Position numbers and translations under genes: made by a program. This document shows, piece by piece, positions 11,858-24,533 of a stretch of 64,000 bases of DNA; position 1 is the first letter of the stretch, and each line of letters opens with the position of its first letter. The stretch comes from Mobula hypostoma (lineage: Eukaryota): contig NC_086108.1 in the NCBI RefSeq assembly GCF_963921235.1, forward strand, positions 87,236,001 to 87,300,000. The letters are read 5' to 3'. The notes below the pieces were generated by a model, which was not told where the DNA came from, searched no databases, and was given only the letters and a program-made list of their open reading frames with translations.

Positions 11858-12586
11858 TCAGAGTCCTTCCAGGAGAGGCAACACTTCACCTGCAAATTTG
11901 CTGCTGTGGTCATCTATTGTATCTGGCGCTCCCGATTCAGCCTCCTCTGCATTGGTGAGACCCATCACCAATGGGGGGGTCCACTTTGTCAAGCACCTCT
12001 GCTCCATCTGCTAAAAGCGGAAATTCCCGATGGCCCAGCATTTTAATTCCGATTCCCATCCCTATTTCAACATGTAGGTCCGTGGTCTCCTCTTGTGCCA
12101 TGATAAAGTCATGAGGCTACCCTCAGAGTGGAGAAGCATCAGCTTATATTCCATCTACGTAGCCTTCTACTTGATGGCATGAATATCGATTTCTCCTTCT
12201 GGTTAAAAAACAAAATCCCTTTGCCTCCCCTCTTCTTCAATTCTCCATTCTGGACTCTTACCACTTCTCACCTGCCAATCACCTTCCCCTGGAGCCCCTC
12301 CTCTTTCCCTTTCTCCTATGGTCCACTCTCCTCTCCTGTCAGATTCCTTCCTCTCCAGTCCTTTGTCTTTCCCACCCATCTAGCTTCACCAATCACCTTC
12401 TAGCTATCCTCCTTCCCCTCCCCCCATCTTTTTATTCTGGCATCATCCCCCTTCCATTACAGTTCAGAAGAAGAGTGTCGGCCTGAAACATTAATTGTAC
12501 ACTTATGTTCATGAATGCTGCCTGACCTGCTGAGTTCCTCCAGCATTTTGCTTTGGATTTCCAGCGTCTGCAGAATTTCTTGTGTG
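11858..12586 (+). mobile_element. Penelope-like element 3' part (GIY-YIG fragment plus terminal repeat)
   Basis: HFTC....VIYCIW.SR..LLCIGET; pyrimidine-rich UTR; end CCTGCTGAGTTCCTCCAGC...CTGCAGAATTTCTTGTGT. Confidence 0.85.
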
Positions 12587-13169
12587 CACTTATTGTTGCA
12601 TTAGATTGATTTTTTTTTAAAAGAGTCTGGATTTTGATGCCTTGTGAGCATCCATTAGGAGGCCTGATGCAGGGTTTCAGCCTGATAAATGAACAGTTCC
12701 CTTCCTCCCTTGGATACTGCTCAGCACATTGAGTCTCTCCAGTAGATCGTTTGTTGCAAAAGTTTTCCCTCCCAGATAGATTTAGGCTGAACTCTGGAGG
12801 AATAGAAATGACCTGCACTGAGCAAAGTTTAAGATTTGATAACTTTTTATTAACCAAACACAAATAGGGATAAGGGACAAAGGTTAATTGGCAATTGATG
12901 TACAAAGTTAGGTTAAAGGTCAGCATAACCTCATTAAGTGGGAGAACAGGCTTGATGGGGTAAATTCCGTTCCCACTCTCTGACATTAGGGAGGAGTTGA
13001 CCTGTCTTCCTTCACGCGCCTAGAATAGGGAAAGGGAATATCTGATGGAGGAAATAAACATTTTGAAAACTAATAAGTATTATCAGAGTTTTATTTGCTC
13101 CACCACTCCCCCCCACAAAACATGAGAAGGAATCACAGAGCCATACATCACAGATCCATCTCTTTAAGT

Positions 13170-13720
13170 GTCAATGACTCATCCACTAACTAAGAAAGGA
13201 TGTGCTTGCATTAGAAAGGGTCCAGAGGAGGCTTATGAGAATGATCGTGGGAATGAAAGGATTATTGTATAAGGTATGAGGAGCGTTTGATTACTTTGTG
13301 CCTGTACTTGCTGGAGTTGGAAGTTTGAGAGGAGGTCTCACTGAAATATACCAAATATTGATAGGTCCATAAAGAGTGGACATGGAGAAGATGTTTCCTA
13401 TACTGGGTGAGTCTAGGGTCAGAGAACACAGCCTCAAAATACAAGGACATCCCTTTAGAACCGAGATGAGGAATAATATCTTCAGCCAGAGGGTGGTGAC
13501 TCTCTGTAGCTCATTGCTACAGCCAGCTGTGGAGGCCAAGTCATTGGGTATATTTATAGAGGGGGATAGGTTCTTGATTAGTAAATGCGTCAAAGGTTTT
13601 GTTGAGAAGGCAGGAGAACGGGGCTGGGAGAGATGATAAATCAGCCATGATCATATGGCAAAGTAGACTCAATGAGCTGAATGGTCTAATTTTACTCCTT
13701 ATAATCTGATGGTTTTATGG
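13170..13720 (+). mobile_element. CR1 LINE 3' end
   Basis: LERVQRR, ESRVREHSLKI, FRTEMR.NIFSQRVV. Confidence 0.85.
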
Positions 13721-13724
13721 CTCA

Positions 13725-13920
13725 GAAAACTTACATTTTCCACTTAACCTACCAACCCACACATCTTTTGGAGGAACATGGAGCATCAAGATGGAATCAA
13801 TGCATTCACAGTGAGAACATGCAAGCTCCAATGGAGATTACCTGAGGTCGCGGTGCCAGAACCCAGGTCTTTGGTACTGTGAAACAACAGCTCCTCTAGC
13901 TACATCACTCTGCCACCTTA
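13725..13920 (-). mobile_element. Degraded V-SINE
   Basis: CACATCTTTTGGAGGAACATGGAGCA...GAGAACATGCAAGCTCCA...GAACCCAGGTC. Confidence 0.6.
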
Positions 13921-16009
13921 CTAATCTGCCATCAACAGATGGGACAGAAATACCTAAAAAGAACTCTCAGTCCAAGAGCATGAGCAGTTCCTAAGACAGA
14001 GATAGATGTGCCTTCACTCCAGCTCTCTGGGTGTCGAGGTAGTTCAGATGGCTGCTGTGGGATTTGTAGATTCTACCTCAGCTAGGCCAGCAGGCGAGAC
14101 GAGGAGTTAGGATTGGTTGATTGTTGTCACATGTACCGAGGTATAGTGAAAGTTTGTTTTACGTACTGTTCATTCACATCAATTTCTTACAACAGCGCAT
14201 AGGGGTCGTATAAGGTGAAGCAATAACAGAATGCAGAATAAAGTGTAAGAGGTGCAGAGAAAGTGCAGTGCGGACTTGGGTCATTTGGGAGGCTCTGAGC
14301 TCCATCTGTGATGTTTTGCTTGACTTATGCAAGCTCCTATAATGGAGACTTAGTGTATTCCCATTTGTACTTCCTCTGTTTTGGGTCATCGCAAGCCAGG
14401 TATTCTGTTGAGTGGACACGGATGCATTTATTACACTGGTGACTGCACACCAACCGTTGCTGCACTGCCTCTGATTACCATCATTTTCCGCTTCACTGTT
14501 TAGTAGCTGTGCACGGCTGGTGTAGTGTGTTCTGCAGATGAGACAAAGCATTATTAAATGTTCCAGGTTCCTGACAGCGCTGATTTTCTGTGCTCCGTTA
14601 ACTCAGTCTGTTAGAGACACTGGGTCATGCTGATTTGCAGCTTAGTAGTTCATGCAGGCAGCAGGCAAGGGCAGGCCTGCCTCTCAGCACTGTCTATTTA
14701 CCAGCAGAGCCAGACAAAAATCTGTATGCAAGAGAAAAGCCTTTCATTTAACCTAGTTTATTAAGTGGAATTAGTGTGAGAACCCCCTTTCCTTTTTGGG
14801 ATGAAATAATCTTTGTTTCTTTATTTTACAATGCGCTCCTCTGGCCAATGAAATTGAAAGATGTTTCCTAACCCTGTTGTATGTTCATCACAGCGCCATA
14901 GCGGGTATCTTTGAAGTCATTCACCTTCACTGTACCAAGGAAATCAGTGATGTTCCTAAACCTGGCGAGACTACGCAGTTCTTTTTGTCCTGCCTAATCT
15001 TACCTTTCCTCTACAAGATTTAAAAGTGTGTAATGATACCATAGGTGGTTACCGTCCTGTTAGAGGTGCATGCCCATGTTTACTGTCTTTGTCTCAGCCC
15101 CCATCTTAAAAGACTATTGCATGCATTTTTTGAATATCTGGGGAGTGGCAGCTATCTGAAGCAGCTTGAGGATAGGAAACAGCATAATACAGTCAACCAA
15201 ACATCAAGGGAGGGGGAAGAATTGTAATGTTCCCCTTTGAGTACTGAGTGCTCATAAGAAATTTCTTACATATTAACAATTTCCATCAGATCATTCCCTC
15301 AACATTGTGTGCTAGGTATTGCTGTATTATAAAATGGAATTCAAGAATAATATTTTCCCCTTCAGTGTTCACTAAATAAACTATCAACAAATAATTATAT
15401 TTCCAGTTTGGCTTGTACGTATTTATGTCTCTCAAAATGGTAACGAAGATTGTTTTTTTTTCTCTATTTTCCTCAAACTATTTTGAAATTGATTAGCAAA
15501 TGATTTCATGGTGATGAATCATAGGAAGGACTGAGGTTAATAATTTATTGTGACAAATCCATACTTCTTAAAAGGGGACTACTGACTGCTACAGAGTGTA
15601 GACACGACATTTAATGAAGCACCTTTGCATAATTGATTGCAATTTGACTAATGATTGTTGGCAGACTTGTCAACAGGTTTCCTTACTTACTAGTAAATGC
15701 AACGATAGCAGTGTAATTTGATAATCACCATTGAGAGGCGAGGATTTGTTGATATTTATTAATTGTTTTCAATGCAGATAATTGAATTTTGTTGAAAAAG
15801 ATAGTGTTGTCAAATTAGGGAAACTAGGCCACTAAACTAACCATTAATTTTGCCTTTAATTGGCAGTTTTTTGGCTTTCTCAGCATAGTAGGTACATTTG
15901 TTATCCATTAAAAAGATGCTATCAAAACATTAAATCCACGAAAGCACACTTATTCAGTTCTGAGCTGAATTTCAAACCCTATAATGGAGTAGTTTAGGAG
16001 AGATTCTAA

Positions 16010-16314
16010 GAATCTTATTCCATGAGGAGGGGGTATCTAAGACAAGGGATCATAAGTTTGAAGGGAAGGGAGGAGATTTAAAGGGAATTTACAGGAGATT
16101 TTTTTACACAGAGAAGGGCTGGAATCTGGAATGTGTTGTTCAGAAGATGGTGGAGGCATGTACTCACACTACATATCAGAAGCATCTCCATAAGCACTTG
16201 AATAGCCAAGCCATTTAAGAGTATGGACTTTATGCATGTAAGTGAGATGAGTGGAGAAGGGTGCCATGGTTATCATGGAAATGGTGGGTGGAAGGATCTG
16301 TTTTCAGGTTGTTT
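16010..16314 (+). mobile_element. CR1 LINE 3' end, degraded
   Basis: TTTTTTACACAGAGAAGGG..GGAATCTGGAATG; GAAGGATCTGTTT terminal motif. Confidence 0.7.
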
Positions 16315-16321
16315 GACAATG

Positions 16322-17043
16322 CCTCTTTAACTCATATGTTTTGGTCTTGCCCTACTTTGGAAACTTTTTGGAGAGACATTTTTAATATTATCTCCAAGGT
16401 ATTGAATATAGATATCTCTCCTCACCCTATTACTGCAATCTTTGGACTACCTAAAATTTCCAGTAATCTTTCCCCTTCAGCCCGTAGAATGATTGCATTT
16501 CTTACTTTAATGGCGAAAAGATGTATCTTACAACATTGGAAAGAGCTTAATGCTCCAACTACCTTTTTTTGGTTTTCTCAGACGATATTATGCTTGAATT
16601 TGGAGAAAATTAGAAGCAATCTTTATGACTCCTCATTTAAATTTGAACAGACTTGGAGATCTTTTATTCAATATTTTCATTTAATGTAATATATACCCTT
16701 CTTGTTTTTTTTACTGTTTTTAATGGAGGTTGGGATTGAGGACGTGATTTTAAGTTTAACTCTGTTTGGTTTCAAGTTAGCCCATTGCTTTGCTTTGCTT
16801 TTAGTTAGTTGCACGGTGGGTTTTTTTTGGGGGGGGGCGGTTTCCTTTTCTCTATTGATATATATATAAAAATTAGTATACTATTATGTTATCTTGGTAT
16901 GTTATGTTTAAATTACATTGTTTGTAGTATTTTTTTGTATTAATGTCTTCTGTAATTTTATTATATTCTAACAGTGTATTAGTGTCTATATGGCTTACCT
17001 TTTTGTATACTTATTCAATAAAAAGATTTAAAAAGATTTAAAA
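16322..17043 (+). mobile_element. L1-clade LINE 3' end (ORF2 C-terminus, 3' UTR, A-rich tail)
   Basis: ASLTHMFWSCP..L.FW...AKRCILQHWK...LEKIR...FEQTWRSFIQY; AATAAA at 17017; 7-bp TSD GACAATG at 16315-16321 and 17044-17050. Confidence 0.9.
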
Positions 17044-17067
17044 GACAATGTCTATTCCTTTACAAAA

Positions 17068-17405
17068 GGGTGGCATGGTAGCACAGCAGCAAACTTAAAC
17101 ATCTCAAGCACCGGTAATCACCAATCAGGATTCAGTTCGCACTGCTTCTGTCAGGAGTTTGTACTTTCTCTCCACAGCCTCATGGGCTTCTTCTAGGCGC
17201 TCCAGTTTCTTACTACATTCCAAAGACATACAGGATGGGGTTAATAAGTTGTGAGCATGCTATGTTGGCGCCGGAAGTGTGACAATACCAGCGTCCTGTC
17301 CCCAGCACAATCCTCAGACTGTGTTGGTCGTTGGCACACAGAACATATTTCATTGTAAGTTTCAATGTTTCAATATACTTGTGACAAATAAAGGTAATCC
17401 TTTTT
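17068..17405 (+). mobile_element. V-SINE, Rex-type tail
   Basis: GGGTGGCATGGTAGCACAGC head; V-domain; TTGTGAGCATGCTATGTTGGCGCCGGAAG...GTGACAAATAAAGGTAATC. Confidence 0.85.
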
Positions 17406-17579
17406 CTTATTTTTTACTCTATTTCCCTTTACTTGTACTGTGTCCAATTCAGTTCCTCAGCTACTGAATGACTTGCCCATTTATTTGTCACGATTTGTTA
17501 AATATGCTCTTCCCCATCTCTCCGCTCCCCAGACAAACACCACGCTGTCAGCCTCCTGCAGTCGGTTGTATTTATTAAC

Positions 17580-17824
17580 TGCAATGGCGCAGTGAGATCA
17601 GCGCCGGACTCCGGAGCAAAGGTTCCTGAGTTCGAATCCAGGTCGGGCCACCCCCGAGCATGCTTTCCATCCGTGCCGGATTGAGTGTCGAGCTAGTCAC
17701 TTGGCCTTGTAAAAAATACAAGGGTTGAGTCAGGAAGGTTCAAAATGTGACCTAGTTAATCCTGACACCACGTGCCAGACAAGAATGGCTGAATGTCTGA
17801 TACGACAAGCTTAAAAGAAAAAAC
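17580..17824 (+). mobile_element. tRNA-derived SINE of a different family (tRNA-Arg(CCG)-like head)
   Basis: A box TGGCGCAGTGAG, anticodon-loop-like CTCCGGA, B box GAGTTCGAATCC, about 170-bp unrelated body, A-rich end. Confidence 0.6.
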
Positions 17825-18620
17825 AGTTGAATGCAGACAAGCATGAGGTGTTGCACTTCGGTAGGACCAATCAGGGTAGGTCTTACACAGTGAACAGTAG
17901 GGCACTGAGGAGTGCTGTGGATAAAGGGTTATGGGAATATCAGTACATGATTCACTAAAAGTGGCATCACAGGTAGATAGGGTCGTAAAGAAAGCTTTTG
18001 GTACATTGGCCTTCATAAATCAAAGTAATGAGTACAGTAGGTGGGATGTTATATTGAAGTTGTGTAAGATGTTGGTGAGGTCTAATTTGAAGATTTGTGT
18101 ACAGTTTTGTTCACCTACCGACAAGAAAAACGTAAATAAGGTTCAAAGAGTACAGAGAAAATTTACAAGGACTGGAGGACCTGCATTAGAAGAAAAAAGT
18201 TTATAGGTTAGGACTTTATTCCTTGGAACGTAGAAGATTGAGGGGAGATTTGACAGAGGTATACAAAATTATGAGAGGTACTGATAGAGTAAATGCAAAC
18301 AGGCCTTTTCCACTCAGGTTGGGTGGGACAACAACTATAGATCATAGGTTAAGGGTGAAAGGCGAAAAGTTTAAGGAGAACATGGGGGGAAGCTTCTTGA
18401 CTCAGAGGGTGGTGCGAGTGTGGAACGAGCTACCACTGGAAATGTTGTATGTGAGCTTGATTTCAACATTTAAGAGAAGTCTGGATAGGTACATGGATAG
18501 TAGGAATATGGAAGGCTATGGTCTCCCAGTGCAAGGGGAGTAGGCAGTTTAAGTGGCTCAGCATGGACTACATGTGCCAAAGGTCCTTTTTCTGTGCTGT
18601 ACTTTTCTATGATTCCATGA
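17825..18620 (+). mobile_element. CR1 LINE 3' portion
   Basis: HDSLKVASQVDRVVKKAFG.LAFI; ERRRLRGDL.EVYKIM; FLTQRVVRVWNELP. Confidence 0.9.
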
Positions 18621-18916
18621 CTTACACTGAACCATGTACCCTTTATCTTTGTCATTGACCTACAATGAGCACCAGTGCACTATCACATTAAAGGAAGAAT
18701 CCTCATGCATGTTTTCTTATGCTTTGCCATCTCAGGAACATGGTCCACCCTGACATTTTCTCTCACACACTTAATGCTTTGATGCAGATCAAGCAACCAT
18801 ACACCCATCCTCCTCTTTTTCCCAGTGCTCTAGATCTGATTATGATCCTGAATCATTCTGCTTCTCCTTTTCTCTCCCAGCCTTCAAAAAAATATTTTTC
18901 AAAGGGCACAAAGCTC

Positions 18917-20258
18917 CATGTTGACAATCAATGTGGGCACATCTCAAGGATGTGTGCTCAGCTCACTGCTCTACTCTCTCTACACTCATGACTGTGTGAT
19001 GAGGCACAGCTCAAATGCCATCTATACATCTGCCAGGGACATGACTGTTGATCGCAGAATTTCAGTTGGTGACGAGGAGGTGTGCAGGAGCAAAATAGAT
19101 TGGCTGGTTGAGTGGTGTCACAACAATAACCTTGCACTCATCATCAGAAATTCCAAGGAATAGATTGTGGACCTCAGGAAGGGGAAGGTGGAAAAGACAC
19201 ACCAATCCCCACTGAGTGGTCAGCAGTGGAAAGATTGAGCGGTTTCAAGTTCCTTAGCATCAACATCTCAGAAGATCTATTCTGGCCGCAACATATTGAT
19301 ACAATCATGAAGAAGGCAAACCAACAGCTATACTTCATCAGGAATTGGGGAGATTTGGTATGTTACCAAAGACTCTACAGATATACTGTGGACAGCACTC
19401 TAACTGGTTACATTGTGCCAAGTCCGGAGTCTCCAATGCCTAGGATCACAACTGGCTGCAGACGGTGGCAGGCTCAGCTTCAACATAGGCACAAGCCTCC
19501 CCACCATCAAGGACATCATCAAAAGGCAGTGCCTAAAGAAGGTGGCATCCATCATTAAGTACCTCACCATCCAGGACATGCACATTTCTCATTACTGCCC
19601 TCAGGGAGGAGGTACAGGAGCCTGAAGATCCAAATGTAATGTTTTAGGAACAACTTCTCCCCTCTGCCATCAGATCTCTGAACAGTCAATGAATCCTTGA
19701 ACACTACCTCACTATTCCAATTTGGGACTATTTATTTATTTATTGTTATGAGTGAATGAGGGCCTCTGTCAGTCAGAGCTGACCTTGGATATTGCATCCC
19801 AGCTGTCTAGATACACAAACCTGGGCAGTACAATGAGGAGAGCAAACTGTTGCCCATGAAGCAATCTCCCCCTCTCCACATATCTGATGAACTCAATGGA
19901 ACAGCAGGGACCGATACAGTTTGGTACCAGCATCATCGCAGGAGTTGCCAGTCAACATAGAACATCAATGTAGGACTGCCTTAGAGACTCCAGCTCCAGA
20001 TTTTTCCCTCGGGGCTTACTCACGAAGCCTTCCCCATGAGTGGGTACGGCTGCAAGGCAGCGGAGATTTGAGATCAGTTTTCCTTCTCCTAGATGAGCTG
20101 CCAACCACAGCTAACAAGCCCCATCTGCCCAAAGCAACTAGCTTTAAGGCATCAGTAATCCGCCTTTGCCCCTTCTCCTGTCTGGCTACGTACCGCTGCT
20201 ACAAAACTAAATAATCCACGACATATGTCTGTGATAATAAATCTGATTTTGATTCTGA
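18917..20258 (+). mobile_element. Rex1/Babar-like LINE 3' portion, degraded, interrupted at 19750-20183
   Basis: GTSQGCVLSSLLYSLYTHDC, FKFL, KKANQQLYFIR; tail GTGATAATAAATCTGATTTTGATTCTGA. Confidence 0.8.
19750..20183 (-). mobile_element. Non-autonomous RTE-derived (bipartite) element
   Basis: Minus strand reads CTAGGAGAAGGAAAACTGATCTCAAATCTCCGCTGCCTTGC..TACCCACTCATGGGGAAGGCTTCG; homologous to 5064-6455. Confidence 0.6.
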
Positions 20259-22064
20259 AAAAATGCCTGTGGTGTCCCAGATAGTTTCCTTCTCCGCTTA
20301 CCTTAGCACATGAGCAGGACTGAATATTTTGAGAGGATGAGACGAGAACGGGAAGGGTCTTAGATGGAGAACTGGGGGAGGGTGGATCTGGATGAACTAA
20401 ATGGTTGTTTCTTTACTCATAACTGTAGTATTCAGTGTTATTTCTGGTAAATGCATTGTATTAGCATTAATTTGGTGCCACTCATTCATCACTCATTATT
20501 TTCCTTCTTTATTAGAGAACATCGTAGATTTGTCTTGTTAATCATCCATCACAAAGGAATGAACCATTGCTCATACAAGAGATCTTCCTTTACTTTGTTA
20601 ATATCAATTTGTTTGTAAGATTGCTGCAATTGCTACTGTTAAGGGACAGAGCAACAAGACCTGTTTTATTATCATGCCAACTAAAGATTGCAACATTGAA
20701 CCTCTGATTAATGTTTTTTACTTCCCATTTCTCTTTGTTGGCCTTGTGAGAGTCTGTTGATCAATTATTTATACTGCCATGGTCTCAGTGTATCAATAAA
20801 GAGTTAAGTGGCTTGTGGTTACCATACAAGAACACTTGGCCTTTTGCAATGGGGACAAGAAACTTGGACAAAACTATATCATTGTAACAATCTAATGCCA
20901 GCTATTAAAATCCCTAAGGTATTCATAAAAAAAACCCCTCCTTTCCCCTTAGCCATTATCCTGCTACTACATACCCTCACAGCTGCAGTGTGGGGAAACT
21001 ACTGCACTTAAAGGCAATAAATAATGCACTGAGCCCCAGGGTAAAACATAAAGTAGCCAAGTAACCAAATACTACTGAGAGACAAACTCAAACCTGATAA
21101 TGGGGATATTTAAGTAAATTTATATTCGGAATTCCAAAGAATATATTTTCCAAGTTTATTATTTTCCACTCACAAGGCATGACGTAGCTGGGTGTTATCC
21201 CCAATATTTTAAGGACACTAAATGTAAGGGCAGAAATAACAGTGACAAAGCCTGAACATGCAACCTGTCTGATTTTTGGATGTGATAATACAAAATCAAT
21301 GCAGCTTCTCAACCAGTGGGCTCACCGTCACATTTTAATGAATGAAGTCAAGGACCACAGTACTGTGAAAGCTGGGTAATAATTCACGCCTTCAGTCATT
21401 GGTTGATGAAATGTGGCTTCCCTTTCATACTTCACTCCCATCACACTTAATAATGTATATGGCAATTCAAAGTTAGCTTTTGTAAGGAGCTGCTCCTTGG
21501 TGAAGCCCTGTACATGATAATGTGGCCTTACAGCAGAACACAATCTGTCAAGAGAATGGAACAGATGGTTCGCGTCCTCAGACATAAAGTACCACAGTAA
21601 CATCAATATCCACAAACCCATCTAGTCCTGAGTAATTGGTTTCTTGTTTGACCTTGGCGAGGTGAGTTGTTCTCATCCTGACAGAAACTGAAGGTTATGC
21701 CTATTTGGAAGTTATAGACATTGAAGTATCCCAACAAATCAAATTTTGATCAAATGCTGAACTTCTAAGACTTACTGACATCAGAGTCAACACCAAATTT
21801 ACTTCTCAAAACCTTTCCTCGCGTGAAGGAGAAGTCAAGGAACTTAAAAAAAAAAGTAAGTCATTGGCTTCTCTGTTTTCCGCTGGGCCGTTTGCTTTTA
21901 TCCCTTGCAAGTGGTGAGTAGGAGAGAAGGGTGATTCCACGTTTTAAACTCCTTAGCTGTATCCTCCTGACTCCCAACACCGAAGCCTGACCAGACTGCC
22001 TTTGCTTCTGTTCTTTACAGAAATGAATACCTTGTTTTGAGCTGGGAAGTGGAATTAACTTGAT

Positions 22065-22575
22065 AGAGTCATAGAAAAGTACAGCACAAAAAACAGGCCC
22101 CTCAACCCATCAGGTCCATGCCGAACTATTCAGACCATATACACCCTTATACACCCATCGACCTGCACCCAGCATAGATTGAGCAGACAGGCAGAGACAT
22201 TTTCCCTGGGTGGAAATGGCTAATAGAAGGTGACAAAATATTAAGGTGATTGGAGGAAAGTACAAGGGGGATGTCACAGGTAAGTTTTTTTATACAGAGA
22301 ATGGTGGGTGCATGGAACACCGGGGTGGCGGTAGAGACAAATACATTAGGGACTTCTAAGAAACTTAGATAAGCACATGGATGATAGAAAAATGGGGGTG
22401 GGGGGCTATATAGGACGGAAGGTTTAGATTGATCTTAGAGTAGGTTAAAGTGTCGGCACAATATTGAGGGCTGAAGGACCTGTACTGTGCTGTAGTGTTC
22501 TATGGTCTATGTTCCACTCTTTGCTAATGGACTGAATAGCCTCCTTCAGTGCTGTAAATTTCTATGACTCTGTAA
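22065..22575. mobile_element. Cluster of CR1 3' ends in opposite orientations
   Basis: Minus-strand end at 22065-22170; plus-strand end at 22175-22515 with TTCTATG tail; a further tail to 22575. Confidence 0.7.
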
Positions 22576-22577
22576 TT

Positions 22578-23015
22578 CCTTTTTTTTTCATTTTTAAATC
22601 TTTTTATTAATTATTATTGAAAATCACAACAAAAAAAACATCAAAATAATCAAGTCAATATATCAATACATATAATAAGAGTCAAACTATTAACCAAGCT
22701 AAGCAGTTTATCAATAATAATAATTTTAAAAAAACAAAATGTTAAAGCTTTTTTTTTGGAAAAAAGAAAGAAGGAAAAAAGAACCCCTACTAACTAAAAC
22801 AAAAAAAAAGCTAACAAGAAAAAGCAAGAAAAAAAACCATTTGGAGCACAAACACGGAGCTATACGCCACACAAGCTTCTATATAAAAAAAAGACATCAG
22901 TCCGCCAACCAAATCCATTTACCCAAGAATCAGAAGGGGAACATATTAATTAACTCAAATTAAATGATAGTAGCAGGCAAAAGAACCCCACCTTTTCTCA
23001 AAGTCAAATCGAGCG
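22578..23015 (-). mobile_element. L1-clade LINE extreme 3' end
   Basis: Minus strand encodes RFDFEKRWGSFACYYHLI* (compare FKFEQTWRSFIQYFHLM* near 16640); poly-T at 22580; 10-bp TSD CTCTGTAATT at 22568-22577 and 23016-23025. Confidence 0.85.
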
Positions 23016-23419
23016 CTCTGTAATTTCATTATCTCTAAGTTACATTGGGAGCCAATGTTATAGAGGGCATCAATTTACTAATCCAGTATTATGGGGGAAT
23101 CCCAGAATGTCAGCAATTCAGGGGAATTTGATTGCAGATTCTTTCTATGTTTGTCCCCGAGCTTGCTGCAGCAGCCATAATGAAGATCATTCAAGCTAAT
23201 CTCAACTACAGCACTTTAAAAGGCTAATTCAATGAGGGAGTCTGGAAGGGCAGTGGATGGTTGGGAGCAGATTTAATGGAGCGTCCATCAATCCACCCTT
23301 TGGTTCCATGATAAACCCTGGGGAGATGTGCTTTGCTGATAAAGGGAATAAACCTATTGCTGTCACAATGAGTTGACCAAGGAAGTGTTTTAATTCCTTT
23401 TATTTCATTTTTCAGACCA

Positions 23420-24100
23420 GACCAAGATTTATTGTCGTTTCCTATTGGTTCCTAAGCTAGTAGGGAGCTGTATTCCTGTTCTATGTAGCCCTCCTGATAC
23501 CTAGCCAAGAAGAAGAACCAACAAACTATTTCCAAATCAGGTTGGTATGTGATTTGGAGAGGAACAAGCAGGCTGGTCTATATGGCTGGGGTTCTTGTAC
23601 TACTTGGTGGTGGAGGCTGTAGTTTTGAGAATTACTGTTGCATGAGTCTAGGTCAGTATCTGCGGTGCATTTTGTACACAGAGCAGCGCTATGGAGGGGA
23701 TGAATGTTCAGAGAGATTGGTGGGGATTGCCAGTCAAACAGGTTGTTTCAACCCAAATGGGGTAAAGCTTCTTGAATTGTTAGGCTGCACTTATCCAGGC
23801 AAGGAGAGAACCCCCCGTACTTCTGACTAGTGCCCTATGAATAGTACAAAGTCTTTGAGGTGTCAGGAGTGAGTCACTCACTACAGGATATCCAGTCTCT
23901 GAGCTACTGTTGTTTATGTGGCTGATCCAGCTGAGTTTCTGGTCAATGGTGACCCCAAACGTATGCACGATGAACTGGTAATGCTGTCAGATATTCAGGG
24001 AAGGTGGCTGGACTTTGTTGTGTTGGAGGTTGTCATTGTCTGGCATCTCTATAGTGCAAACGTTATTTGATATTGATCAGCCCGTATTTGAATATTGCCA
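23420..24100 (-). mobile_element. Old CR1/L2-group LINE 3' portion
   Basis: FGVTIDQKLSWISHIN motif; degraded RT C-terminus. Confidence 0.6.
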
Positions 24101-24196
24101 CAATTGCAGTTGGAACTGGGATTGGAATTGGTTTATTATTGTCACACATACCAAGGTAGAGTGAAGAGCTTGTCTTGCAAACTGCTCATAGAGATC

Positions 24197-24533
24197 AGAT
24201 CAGAAGTCCAGAAGTCAAAGTCCAATGGCTGAAGCCTGGAGAGTGGAAACGGGAAGCCTGGAGGCCTGTCTGGTTTTGGAGGACTGTCCATGTGTGAGGA
24301 AGGGAGGGAAGGTGACAGAGGAGAGGGGCGTGCTTTGCTGTTGTTTTGTTGCTTGTTGTGCTCTGTGTTGTTTTGCTGAGCATTGTGGGCATGTTATGTT
24401 GGCGCCAAATTTTGTGGCGGCACTTACGGGCAACCCTCAGCACATGTTTAGTTGTGTCGGTCATTTAAGCATAAGACACATTTCACTGTACATTTCCATG
24501 TACATGTGATAAATAAATCTGAATCTGAATCTT
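24197..24533 (+). mobile_element. Non-LTR 3' UTR-like repeat sharing its last ~150 bp with the Rex-tailed V-SINEs
   Basis: TTGTGGGCATGTTATGTTGGCGCC...CATTTCACTGTA...GTACATGTGATAAATAAA(TCTGAA)n; second copy at 29940-30200 (-). Confidence 0.65.

Noticed and set aside
14868..14995. Minus-strand 41-codon open stretch (AGQKELRSLARFRNITDFLGTVKVNDFKDTRYGAVMNIQQG)
   Set aside because: Weak splice signals and no recognisable homology.
17583..17655. Functional tRNA-Arg gene
   Set aside because: Acceptor and anticodon stems pair poorly and there is no adjacent poly-T terminator; fits a SINE head better.
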